Source: Thalia democratica
Taxonomy: Eukaryota
Direction: 5' to 3'
NCBI GenBank assembly: GCA_965202585.1
Contig: OZ241830.1
Coordinates: forward strand, 67,766,001 to 67,830,000
DNA length: 64,000 nt
Below are positions 51,758-64,000 of this stretch, piece after piece. Position 1 is the first letter of the stretch, and each line of letters opens with the position of its first letter. A program made the translations under genes and the position numbers. The notes beneath the pieces were generated by a model. The model was not told where the DNA came from, searched no databases, and worked only from the letters and a program-made list of their open reading frames with translations.

Positions 51758-53325
51758 TAAATTTGAAGTATTAATTGACTAGCTAAGTGCCAAATAATTG
51801 TATAAATGATTTTAGTGGCGTATTAAGGCTTTTTTCAGTGACGAAGATTTTTATTATCAAATAATTACTTTCTATAGTAATTTTTATCAAAATACTTTTA
51901 GGAATAATCTATTTGTCTATTAAAATGCTAAGAAGTTAGTTTAATTATTACAAATAGGCTTTTACAATATAATTTCTTAAAATTAAATATGTATTATTAT
52001 TTTAAGAAATTGTTTTTGTATTAATTTTTCAAATACTGTTTAATCTTGTTAAAAGTTATATTATTCTTTCATATTATAACACAATTTATGATTAAAAGTT
52101 TCTCTCTAAATGAGTTCATTTAACCGAAATCTTAAAACAACTAGAGTCGTTTAAAAAAAGCTTTAGTAGAAATGTAGAAATATCGCAAGCTTCTTCGCTT
52201 TCTTAATTATATAAGAGAAGAATTTAAAAAAATATTTATTTCTTAAGGCTTAAATATGTTAGTTTTCAACATACTTTGCTTTTGGTAGAATGGTTATCTT
52301 AAGTCACCTGCTAACTCTTTTTTAAGCTGAGTACTATTTAATCGACTATTATGCTTATGTATTCTTTATAGAGTGTATTTACTTTGTATATATTGCTCTA
52401 TGCTATATACAAAGATATTTTCAAATACAGTAGTAGTAAAATTGTTTATATTGAACATTTTATCAATAAAATGCTAATAAATTAGACATTAAAAACTATT
52501 TACATATGTCATACAAGCTGAAAAATGTTAAAATAATTTATCTAAAAAATTAACTAAAATTTATATTTCTGTCACGTCATTTATTTCTGAATTGAAAAAA
52601 TATTGAAACTTTGTTAATGACTTTATCATTATGTCTACAAAAATTATTTTTTTATAAAAGTAACATAGTGTAAACAAAGAGATTATAGTTTTCTAATGTT
52701 ATAAAAAAAATAATAAAATGATGCACTTCAGTCAGAATGGTTTGAGAATCTAAAAAGATCTCAATTCCAATCTACAGCAGAAGGACCACGTGCAGGCATT
52801 TGCAAAATTATATTTATGCAAAATTTTAAAGTTATTCACTTTGCATAGCCATAATTTTGCAAAAGGTGCATCCCATCATATCTACAAACAAGTAGTTATG
52901 ATGCCTTCCTTTTAAGAATTGCAGCTTAGTGTGTTTTTGTATTTAAAAAATGTGTGTTTAGAGTGAACACCTTTTTTAAAGTAATAAAAATAAATAGACA
53001 TTTAAGTCAACTTAGCTGCAACTCTTCCCCTAGACTATATTTGCAAAATCCCTATACTATTCGTTTATTAACAGTCAACAACAAAATTATACAAATGTAC
53101 AAAAATATAAAAGCTTTTCTTATAAAAAGAGAACAGATTAAGAGATAATAAACTACTAATATTTGTAAGCGTTACAATTATTTCATTAAATAAAAATCTT
53201 GTAAAACAATCAAACTTATAAAGCATTGTTAAACGAAATCAAATTAACTAATTTGAAAGCGAGCATAATCAAAAACAAGCTTACAACAAATCAATGATAA
53301 GTACTATGCACTTATAATAAAACAA

Positions 53326-54297
53326 TCAAAGTTGGAAAAATTCATGATTCAAAGCAGCATCAGTAGTAGTTCTCAGTTGTGGGTTAAACTGTAGCATACT
53401 TTGAAGTAGGTCCAGTAGCAAGTCTTCATTTTCGTAAGTTCCATCAAAGGCATCTTCAAACTTCTTCTGGTAACTAATCTTTGGTTCTTCTAAATCTTTT
53501 GTAAAAAATTCCGGTGAATTTTCTATCATCTCTTTGCAACCATCTGGACAAAGACTTTTTGCTTGTTCAACTATTCTACGATTAACGATTTTTCTATCGT
53601 GGTCTTTTACTTTTATAATTTTTTTGTTGAAGAACATTCTAAAAATAACACATCCTAATGACCATACGTCCACTTTTCGATCCAATCTTAGAGATAAAGC
53701 CATTTCAGGACACCTAAAGTCTTTACTTATAAACCATCTATCTTTATTTTCCTTTTTCAAATCTTCTTCCTTTTCAGCGTTACCCAAATCAATAAGTTTG
53801 ATTCCATCAACCAATTCATTTTCAAAAGAAGACAGCACGACGTTAGTTGCTTTGATATCAGTATGAACTATATTATGTCGATGAAGAAAATTCACAGCTT
53901 GAATTAGCTGTTTAGAATAGTCCTTGATATACATTTCATCGAGCTTATTTGCAGATAGATATTCAGATATATTCAACCCGTGAAGAGGAGTCACGAGGTA
54001 ATACTTATTTTCTTCACGGAAAGATTCTAAAAGATAAAGGCATAGCTTGTTATTTTCATTGCTTATTTCCTTCAATATTGCGATTTCTCTTAAGGCATCG
54101 TTTTCTTTGTCTTCAAATACTTTAATTGCTACATGTTCTTTTTTGGTTTCATTAAAGTACTTTTCTATTTTTGCCACACCTGATTGGGCAATCTCCTCTA
54201 CGTACTTATACTTTTTGAGTGCCGAATCTAATACTTCACCTCCCTCTACTTTTTGATTTGCTTTCTCAACAACTTCTTTTAAACTTTTTGAACTCAT
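53326..54297 (-). CDS. Intronless divergent Ser/Thr protein kinase, CMGC-like (CLK/SRPK/DYRK-related)
   Basis: VAIK, alphaC Glu (LREIAIL), HTDIKATN, DLG, FRCPE, DVWSLG and subdomain XI Arg are present. 323 aa from ATG to TGA. Confidence 0.9.
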   Translation of the reverse strand: MSSKSLKEVVEKANQKVEGGEVLDSALKKYKYVEEIAQSGVAKIEKYFNETKKEHVAIKVFEDKENDALREIAILKEISNENNKLCLYLLESFREENKYYLVTPLHGLNISEYLSANKLDEMYIKDYSKQLIQAVNFLHRHNIVHTDIKATNVVLSSFENELVDGIKLIDLGNAEKEEDLKKENKDRWFISKDFRCPEMALSLRLDRKVDVWSLGCVIFRMFFNKKIIKVKDHDRKIVNRRIVEQAKSLCPDGCKEMIENSPEFFTKDLEEPKISYQKKFEDAFDGTYENEDLLLDLLQSMLQFNPQLRTTTDAALNHEFFQL

Positions 54298-57200
54298 TGT
54301 TTTTATTTAAAGTTAACGAAACGGAACTTAAAAAGAAATGCTTATTTAAACTAATAATAATTCTTTTTTGTAACCTTTACTAATATTTTTTATTGTATAA
54401 GGTTTAATTATTAGTTCAAGTATCTTAAAATAAATAAAAGTAGTTAATCAAAGACATTACTTAAATTTTTACTAAGTCATTTCTTTTTTATTCTTTCATA
54501 TTAGCTTTATTTTTAACATCTTAAAACCATTTGGTAAGACTGAAGTTTTAACACGCAGTACTAAGTATTATCCAGCTTATAAAAGCAATGGTATTCTGCC
54601 TTTTATGCATTTAAGTAGTTGTGTGGCACCTTTTGCTTTTTGTATAAAAAAAAAACATACTCTAATTATTTTACAACAATAGGTTTAAATAATTTTTCAT
54701 GAAATTGAAAATTTTAGACGTGTCTCAATAAGTATTTTTTCAAGCTATTTTCACCATAAGGTTGTTACTAAGAAATAACATGGTCAACAAAAGAAAACAT
54801 TGTGTTTTCATATTTTTTATCCAATTGTAAAGAGACAACTTTCCTTAAAACTTTAAATTATCAACATCAATTATTAAGACCGTAAGATGTGCTTAGGATT
54901 AGCGTAATTGAGTTCAAGTAAAAATAAAAAACACCATTAAACGGTTATCAATCCATTTAGTAGGTTTCGATATGCTATGGTAGGTTTTTCGCAAATATTC
55001 TATCTAATTTTGAAAAAAAAAGAATGTGTTAGTGAGAATTATTTATTTGAATCAAAAACTAAAAATTGTTGGTGACGAATGATAATTGTTTATAACAAAA
55101 GTTGGCAAAAGTGATACTATTCTAAAAAACTCAATCCACTCAAATGGAATTTATTTTTTCTAAAATTCTATTTCTTTATATATGCCTTGAACAATTATAT
55201 AAAGTTCATCAACACTATCAGAGTACAATCAATCTCTATCACATCAAAACGAAACTGTTTTAGTTTGTTTTGGATAAGAATAGACTAATTAAATTCATGA
55301 CTTTTTTTTGTGATTTTTAAGTCTAAAATGTCGTTTCATTTGGACTGATAAACGAAAAACGCATGAAGCTTAGAAATGTTTTTATTGAAACGATTAAGAT
55401 AGAGAAATGTTGTAAATTTAATTAACTAACATCCTTAGACTTTGAAATCATACTTGTAAAAAAATGGTTTAGGTTTCTCATTGAAACAAACAGAACTGCA
55501 AGTCTGTTAACAAAATGTTTCTCCGTTGACTAAAAATTGACAGCGTTGGTTTAAAGTTAGTGAGCTTTGAAGAAAAACGATATGTTGCAATGAACACTAG
55601 ATAGTCCCTACTGCCCGGCAGTTTAAACAAACGTTTTACTTCAGAAACAGCTGTCTTAAAAATTTAAATTGCAATATGATTACTAATGAAGTATTTCAAG
55701 TGTTACTGACTATTACAGACATTTTTTTATAACCTTAATATAAAAATAATTTTGTTATACTAAACAAATAAAAAAATAAAAATTTCTAATTTAAAATTGG
55801 ACGAAAAAATAATTTAAGAAGTATTTATGTTTTGATAAAGATCACTTTTTATAAAGAGTTTTTACACTCTAAGGAGTGACACTAATAAATTTTTTAATTA
55901 AACATACTTTTTTTAGGACAGAAATTTATCCGATTGTGATTTTTTTTTCTCAATTTATACTGCTAAAAAAAGTATATTAACATTCTGTTAGCCGTTTTAT
56001 TAAACATATTTATTAGAGCAGTTTATGGTAAACAGTAGCGACATATTTTAATTTTTGTTCAAAAAATAGAACGTTAAGGAGCAATTAAGACTATAGTTTT
56101 AACTTTTTTCTCTAGAAAAAGTTGATTGATTGCAGAAAATAAATTATGTTTTATGCTGTACTAAATCCCAATAAATTTAGGAAATCACGCACAGATCATC
56201 TTTTGCTAAAATAAATGGTAAAGCAGAGATGATTGTAAAGTGATTGGTAATTTTCAACATTGATGCATTAGAAAACTTTGACAATTACATGTATTGTTAG
56301 TCCAATGACAAATCTGAGAAGTATTTGTATAAGAAGCGCCACACATTGAATTTTCTAATAATCAAGATTTGGGTGAACAGAGCGTAAGAAAGCTAAAATT
56401 TATAGGTGTCGACATGTGTTTACTAAAGAAAGAATGACGTTCTTCGTTGGCAAGCTTGAAAAAGGAGAGGATAAGAAATTAAAGTACTCTTACATTACCA
56501 CTTTACTGTTAAAACATATGACATACAGAGACTTACAATACGGAAACCCACAAAATATATTGTACAATTAGATGTCTATGAGAATCAAATAAAAGATATA
56601 TCGACCATCAAATCCTACAAAATTTCCACGTTCTGGATATGAAGTTATCTAGTAATAAGGGAGACATTTTTTTTTAGCATCTTAACTTTGAAAATACAGG
56701 TAACTCAACTTTAAATGGAATGAAAGAAGAACATCTTTTTTAAATATTGTTCAAAAAGGAAATAATGCGTCTCTTGATTACGCTTCCAAGCTTAGTACAA
56801 GATATGTGAACGATAATGTGTTTATTATTTTGATCGAATAATTGAACAACTGACTATGTTAATCTACTGATGGTGAACATAGTATGCGAAAATTAATCAA
56901 ACAATAATTTCTCTTTAAAATTACAGCGTTTTATGTATTAATCTCAATTATTTTGTTTATGTTGCTCGTTTTTGTTTTTTTAGTTTAAAAACCTGTTCTA
57001 ATTAGTTTAGGTTTGTATATATTAATTTTTCTTCTATTTTATTTTTTTGAAATGTGTTTTTAACCCATATGAAATATTTTTCATGTAAATAAGCTACAAG
57101 TATGTATAGTTTTACAGCCTACTATAATGTTTAAAAAAATTTCAAGTTTTTACAGACTATTATTAATTAAAAAACTAGTCTTAAAAATAATCTTTTTTCA

Positions 57201-59640
57201 GCTCTCATGCAAAAAAAAAAGAATTTATTCAAAATTTTTATTATAAGCTATTTTAATGTTATCTATTTCCCAATTCTAGTTTTATAAACAACTTTATTCT
57301 TAAACACATTATACAGTATCCTAAATTACAGTTAAATGATTTTTTTTTCCTTTAATTTAATAAATGAGCCCAAGAAAAAAGAAAAGAAAATGAAAATAAA
57401 TAATAAAAAGACTTGCTAATATTTATTTACAATCATTATATTGGCTTGTTTATCTACATTTCTATCGTAATAAAAAAACTTCAGATTTTGTTTTAAATAG
57501 TTGTATTCATTCTTTTTGTTTGAAATTATCTCCTAATGTTGAAAATTTACAGCTTGCAATTTTAGTGTCGAACTGATTTGTTACATGTATACCAATGTGT
57601 TTAACTTGTGTGTTGCTAAATTTTTTTAAAACAATTTATGACAAATACTAGTTTAAAAAAAAAAGTTTCGTACAACATTTTTGACTAAGAAAAACTGAAG
57701 TGTTAAACAAACATTTTGTTTCATTCTTTTTAGGTAATATGATGTAAAATACCATTAATACCAAGGACTTTAAGTTTTCAATATTTCATGTAGTTCATGT
57801 TGCTTTCAATTTGTAGATATAAGTATTAGTTTTTCAATACAGTTTTCTAACATCGTTTTTAACTTTAAATTTGCTCTAAACAAAGTTCCCACTCTCCAGT
57901 ACTTTTGCAAAACAAATAGTTCAAAATTGTGTTGTGTATCTAAACTAAAGTGATTAAAACTATAAAATTATATAAAATATATACATTGTGCAACTAAGTA
58001 ACTACAAAATAAATATACACTAAGCCTTTTCAGTGTTTTTTTAATACAAATTTTAATGATTAAGTTTGTAAAAAAACACCATTTAGTAAAAATAAATTAA
58101 AATAAAGGCAAAGGTTTTTGTTTTACAAAACATTTTTATTCAAGTTAGTGGCTTAACAAAAATAAAAAACTTACTTTAGTTTACGTACATTTCAAAAACT
58201 TAAACAAAATAGTTTCTTAACTTTTAGTTTTACTTTATATATTTAACTAAAGTTATTTTATCCTTATTTAGCCTTCTTCATATTTGTTTTACTAATACTA
58301 TCTGTGTTCTACACAAAATAGTTTAGTTTTAATACAGGTAATATTATTTCAAAAATGTACTTTCTAAAATTATAGTAGCAAAATAAGATATACTATATTT
58401 TAAAACTTAGAGGTATTTAAAAAAACATTTTATACTTTTATTTAGCTAGTTGTTAATTATTGCTAATAAAAACTATGGTTGAAAAGTTATTGGACTAGTA
58501 TCGGAACTTTTTCAACTAAACTGTAATAAAAAAAAAGCATTTTAATTAGTATTTTTAAAGAAAGAGAATTATTAAAATTAATAATATTATAAAATTAATT
58601 AGAAATCAACAATACAACTTTGTTTTGATAAAAAGATTAAAAATAAGCATTAAAAACTTAGACTTTACAAACATTTGTTTGATTATAAAAGTAATATAAA
58701 TTAATTTCAAAAACTTAGTATATTGTCATTAAAAAAAAGCTAAATCTTAAGCCATGATAAATCATTTCAGAAAGCTATAAATATAGAGTTTTTCTAATTT
58801 TTATAAGAAAATAAAAACGTTTTAAGATCATTCAGTTTATATTCCTAGTCAGTATAAAATGTTTAAAAGCTCTAGAAAGAAGTTCTTGTAAAAATTTTAC
58901 GAGTAAATTTTCGAAATAAGTAAAAAATAATTGTCATGGTTTCTCTCCATCTTTTACTCGCATATTTTGTACTTTAGTAATAGTCATAAATAAATTTGTT
59001 TGAATCAATTTTTTGTAAGTGTTTTGTATTTATGTTTTTCTTAATACTTTTATAGCCCAAAGGTTGTTCTCTATAGTACCAACTCTTTAATAAAACGTAA
59101 AATTTCAAGTTAGATTAATTTCTGTTTTTTTATTAAGGTGACATAATTTAAATTCTAAAGAATAAGCCTAAAATAAAAGTATACAACATTTATGTAAATA
59201 TAAAAATAATAAATAATATCTTTTTTACCAAAAGTTAAAACAAGTTTTATTTGAAACCTGTCCTGAATTCAAACAAAATATGATTTAAAAATGAACAGCT
59301 TTGTTCATGTTATAAATATTTAATACAAATTCTTAAGCTTAGTAAACTTAGTTTTAAGTTTAACAGATGGGAAGTACCTCTTTAGAAAATAGCCCAAAAC
59401 AATTTGACTTTCATAGTTGTAATTTTATTTTAACATTTTTACACCAAACTCATACTACTTCAGACTACTTTTAAAGATTAAAGTAAAGTCTTCAAATTCA
59501 GTGACTTTATAATTAAATTTACACTTTTAATTACCTTACAATTGACTTTAGAGCTTCATGTAAACATTAGAGCAAATAAACTTGTTAAAAGTGGAAATTG
59601 TTACTGATAATAACTTGAAATAAACTAGTAAGTTTCAACT

Positions 59641-60040
59641 AGAGGAGTTTCGTATATACTAAGTTATTGGCAACCTTACGAGGAAGAAAAAAACGATAAA
59701 AGAAACGATTTAATGTTGTTCCATAGCACGTACAAAAATTGAGCGACAAGAATATTAAAAGAAGATTTGAGAAACTCGGAAAGCGGGTTATTTGGCAAGG
59801 TAGTCTACATGACCGAGTGTCCTGACACATCCTTCGTATAAGCTTCAACTTTCTTAGGTGTTGTTGACAGCTTCAACAGTAAGTATTTTAACTACGTACT
59901 TGTCAACTAGGTTTTGGGATCCGAAAGCTGCAAAACTTTACTTACGATACCTCTGAACTCGATATAGATGGTGACAACACTGCTGAAAGCATGCATCCAT
60001 TTGAAAAACATTTAAAACTTTATAGTTTATAGCCAATTTA
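59641..60040 (+). pseudogene. Possible decayed coding sequence of unknown family
   Basis: GC island in very AT-rich DNA. A protein-like frame (YWQPYEEEKNDKRNDLMLFH...LFGKVVYMTECPDTSF...GVVDSFNSKYFNY) is broken by stops and a likely frameshift. Confidence 0.3.
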
Positions 60041-60949
60041 AGAGGACTACAAAAAGACCTTCATGGAAGAAATACTAAAATAAGAAGACAGATGCGTTGA
60101 ATCATTATGATGAGATTGTCGCAGTCGAAAAAATAACCATACCAAAATATTTGATTGCGTTCGAAACTGTAGAAAAGAAATATTAAGTTTGAAACTTGAG
60201 AAATTTATTATATTGACCTGCTTGAATAAAAGAGTATTTAATTTTATTTTTAAAGAGTCATTAAAAAATTTTTACAAATAAGAATAAAAATAAATGAAAG
60301 ATCTAAATTATGCCAACTGTTTTGACAATTTGTTGTTTTCTTACAAACAGATTGTAAAATGTAACTATAAGAGATGTTTTAGCTATCTTTTTATTCTGTA
60401 GTTTTTTTGCTTGAGAAACTGTTTCAAAAATTAAAGTTATGCCTAATTAAATAAATTGTTAATTAAAATTTTAAGCAGGATTTTTCATTTTCCTAGTTAT
60501 AACTCAGTACAAAAAGTTTTCGTAAATATACTTTCTAACGTTTTAGTAGTAACTTTTTATGTTTTGATTAATTTTGAACTAGCTGGAAATCTCTATAAAT
60601 ATTTTAAAGAATAAACTTATGATTTTGAACATATGTACATTATGAACAATGTACTTTTTATGTCAGAATTATCTTTGTTTGTTAACAGTTGAACATTTTG
60701 TTCATAGAAACCTTAAGTAAATTCTTGAAAAAATATGCTAATAATGTCAAAAGAAATCAAAAATATTAAAGGAAAGCTGTTAATTTTAAACAATTATATA
60801 TATAAATAAGGTTTTTAAATGATCTAAAACTTGGTGGTTATTAAGTATTAAAATCTTAGGAATTAAAAAAATAAAAATTGTTTAAATAAAATAGCAAAGT
60901 GAAGAAAAGCTGTGTACTTGCTCAACTTTTTAAAAAATCATCTTTTCAA

Positions 60950-61720
60950 TGGCATTAAAGCGCGCTTCTGATTGCTTTTTCAACCTTCCATCTTAGAGCA
61001 AAGCGAAATATTGAGGATTTTACAAAAGATTATCTTCTTTTGCTGATAATGCTACACTGGTTGCTTACTCTACCCAAGACCTAGAGACACTACTAAATCA
61101 GTTTTCATCAGTATGTTTAGATTTCTGCCAAAAATTAATCATAGAAATTAATATTCGTATTTATAAAGCCACAAAATTTTTCACTCGTTTGACAACAAAG
61201 GTTTATGACAACTTTAATTTAAGTATTCGCATAAAGGCTAACGTTTATTATTTCTATTTATGCAGAATTCTGATATAAGTTAGCGAGACGTTGTATAGCG
61301 TGCAGGATATAGAAATCAATACCTTTTACCTACAACGCCTCCGTCGCGTTTTTAGAATTTCATAGCAACAAAAGATCACTAACGAGGATGCCTTGAGATA
61401 AATTAGTTTTACCAACATGAACTGAACCATTGTTAACTGGGCTCTACTGGAACGGTCATGTTCTAATGTTTGGTGAAAAGCGAATTCCAAAGTATTTGTT
61501 GTACAGCGAGCAAGTCGTTAGCAAACGTGACCGAGGTCCCCAAATATAATTTTTTAATGAGGTATGCAAGCTGATCTAAAAAGCTTGATAATAAGAAATG
61601 ATGAGTGGAAGTACATTGCAAAAGTCCTCGTCAAATGGGATCTTATATAAACAAAAGACTTAAACAGAGGAAAAGGCTTAAAAAAGTTTAACAAGCCAGA
61701 GCAAACGATGAAAAGAACCA
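60950..61720 (+). mobile_element. Decayed 3' portion of an RTE-clade (BovB-like) LINE
   Basis: Fragments LLFADNATLVAYSTQDLETLLNQFSSVC, EINIRIYKATKFFTRLTTKVYDN, QRLRRVFRIS*QQKITNEDAL and YWNGHV...RIPKYLLYSE occur in RTE order, with stops and deletions. Confidence 0.8.
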
Positions 61721-61970
61721 AATCGATATTTATTTTGTTTATTTACAATATATTGCATTACTTTACTTTTAAGTTGACTTACTGCAGTATATCATTTTTT
61801 AAGAACAATACTCACAGCTGACTTCTGGTGGTAACGGACTTTCTACTACATATGTTGAATTATGCAATTCTTCATGTTTTTAAACAGAAAACTTATATCC
61901 GATTTATAAAAAAAATATTTTCTTATTATATCTAAATTTCAAACTTTATCGTAGTGATTTTTACTTGATT

Positions 61971-62220
61971 AAGGGGTTGTTAAACTGGTGTCCCCGATCA
62001 AGTAAATCTGGCCTGCTAAAATAGTTTATTGCATTTAAATTCTAAACAAACTTCATTAATTTTTCCTTTTATTTTGCTGCAATACGGTCAAATAGTTTTT
62101 ATTACTTTGCTAAATAATGAAAAAAACGTTGTATTTCATAATTAATGTCCTTCACAAGATTTTAAAAAGTATCCGTGGTGTGTGACCCGATAACTAAAAG
62201 GTTCTTTGTGAACCAGGTCC
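61971..62220. mobile_element. Degenerate hAT/Charlie-like MITE
   Basis: aggggttgttaaact...aaatctggcctgc start and gacccga.aactaaaaggtt end resemble CAGGGGT..CAAACT / AAAAAGTTTG..CACCCCTG termini. Confidence 0.4.
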
Positions 62221-64000
62221 TAGCTCCGAATGTTTTGTGTGCTTTTTTGTCGTTAAATAAACAATATTAATAATAAGTTATGTAAAAAGTTATAAAAAGG
62301 TCTTGTTGTATTTAGCTAAAACGACTTAAAGATGGTTAAGAAAAAGTTGTGTTGTAACTAGAATGAATTACAGACTAAGAACAGTTTTATGTTTAAAATT
62401 GTCACGTTACTTCCAAACGCCTGCTGATCTGGATTTAACTTCTTGAAAAATGTCTTAGTAGTCCTTTGACATACTTTTCCTTAAAATTGTTCATATAAGG
62501 GGAATTTACAAAAATTTAGCATTTTTTTAAATTTTAAACTTGTTAGTGCTGTAATTAAATGCTTTCTAAACAAATTTGTTATCTTAATTGGGTGAACAAT
62601 GGTACAGCTAAATAAAATAACTAGGACAATATTAATTGCTGCAATTGTTAACAAAGTCTTGTAAAACTGAATTTAATAAATGTTACTTGATTCAAAATTT
62701 TTTAGTAAGACAACTAACAAACAGTTTTAGTCACAAATAAGGTCAATGAATTCATGTGAATAAAAACCCTTTGGTCAATGAGCTACTCACAATTTTGCTT
62801 CTTAACACTGTTTCGATATATTTTAATTGATAAGTAACAAAAGTAAAAAATAAATAAAAATCATGTATTTTTATGAACTAACAAAATTAAATTCAGATGA
62901 TCCATACACTAATGTCAATAATGTTTGAAATAATATTTTTTGTGTTATTTAATTATTCATTTGTCTTAAAGTAATAAACATCAGGTTCTACCATAAACTG
63001 TTTTTTTTTTTCATTTGACCAAGTAAGACTGAACAAAGCATTTTAACACTTCTTTGTAAAAATGGTTCAAGTTTTAGTTAATTGTACATTCTTGAACTGA
63101 TTGTTTTTTATTTTCCTAACTAATGTTTTAAAATTTTAACAAATATCTGAAAAAGACACTATAAATTTTTATGTTAATGGTAAATTATCAGTGAAGTAAC
63201 AGTCAAACTTTTTGCAATAATAAGCATACTCTGGGCAAGAGTGAATGTGTTTCTTAATATGTTACTTGACCTGCCACATTAGTATGTTATTTTTAATTAT
63301 CTTAAAATAAAACATAAAACAATGTTTTAGTTTTCTTGGTGACAATGCTTTTGGAAAGTTTTCACAAGACTAAAATCTTAACACCATAAACCACAAAGTG
63401 TGGGAAAATCATGAAGCTTGAATCTCCAGACAAGTGTTCACTAGCACTACATCAAAAAATAACAATCCAACAAAACCCCAAATTTTGCCTTTTTAAGAAT
63501 AGGCCATAAACCAAATAATTTTAACAAAAACCATTCTTTTGTTTTAATTATTATTTAACATAAACAATTTTTTACTATAAAACAAGTTCAAATTTGGCAG
63601 AATTGTTTTTTGTACAGCCTTGAACCCATTTGTTGTCATTGTTCTAACTGTTTTAATAAAGTTTTACAATGGTCTGAACTTCAACTTTTTTAACATCATG
63701 TTTGTCCATCTGGTTTTGGCCCGTGGAAAAACAACTGGCACCACACCATCTTCTCTCTTCTACATCAACTTAAAGTATTTTTTGTGTTTAATTTTTTTTG
63801 CCCTTTCTACAATGTTATTTATGTATATGTTCTTAAAAATAAAAAATGTTTAAACTAGTTTTGTACTTGTTTAGTGTTTTTATTGATTTAATTCAGTCTT
63901 AATCAATAAACCTCACACTGGGTGTTAATACTTATTTAAGCATAGATGAATTTAAATCACAACTATTAATATAAAAAGTAAAAATAAGCATAATAAATTA

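Larger units (their letters stand above)
42548..51807. repeat. Segmental duplication block A plus Kelch, copy 2
   Basis: Colinear with 1-9071; carries an extra ~800 bp (43838-44640). Confidence 0.95.

Noticed and set aside
52715-52850. DALQSEWFENLKR resembling a kinase C-terminal end
   Set aside because: Too short, with no splice borders or other kinase subdomains in this orientation.
63380-63470. WIVIF*CSASEHLSGD resembling a Copia protease motif
   Set aside because: The catalytic DSG is absent, and there are no LTR, gag or integrase motifs.

Overview
This is very AT-rich, animal-like eukaryotic nuclear DNA with GT-AG introns, built from interleaved segmental duplications: A-K-B-K-B-C-A-K-D. 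A (~9 kb) occurs at 1-9071 and 42548-51807. K+B (~12.9 kb) is tandemly repeated at 8292-21141 and 21237-34314. K is a headless Kelch-repeat ORF present in 3 copies. B carries the C-terminal half (9 exons, ~470 aa) of GTF3C3 (TFIIIC102) on the minus strand, with several MITEs in its introns. D contains an intronless, divergent CMGC-like protein kinase and a decayed RTE-clade LINE. The most striking element lies inside block A: a ~1.1-1.2 kb composite tandem repeat in which each unit has a minimal type I hammerhead ribozyme, an RTE-LINE fragment and ~157-bp satellite subunits, just downstream of 62-bp tandem monomers carrying YY1-type motifs. There are four hammerheads; three have an intact core and one has G5A and G12A. 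All calls were made by eye; no database search or folding program was run.
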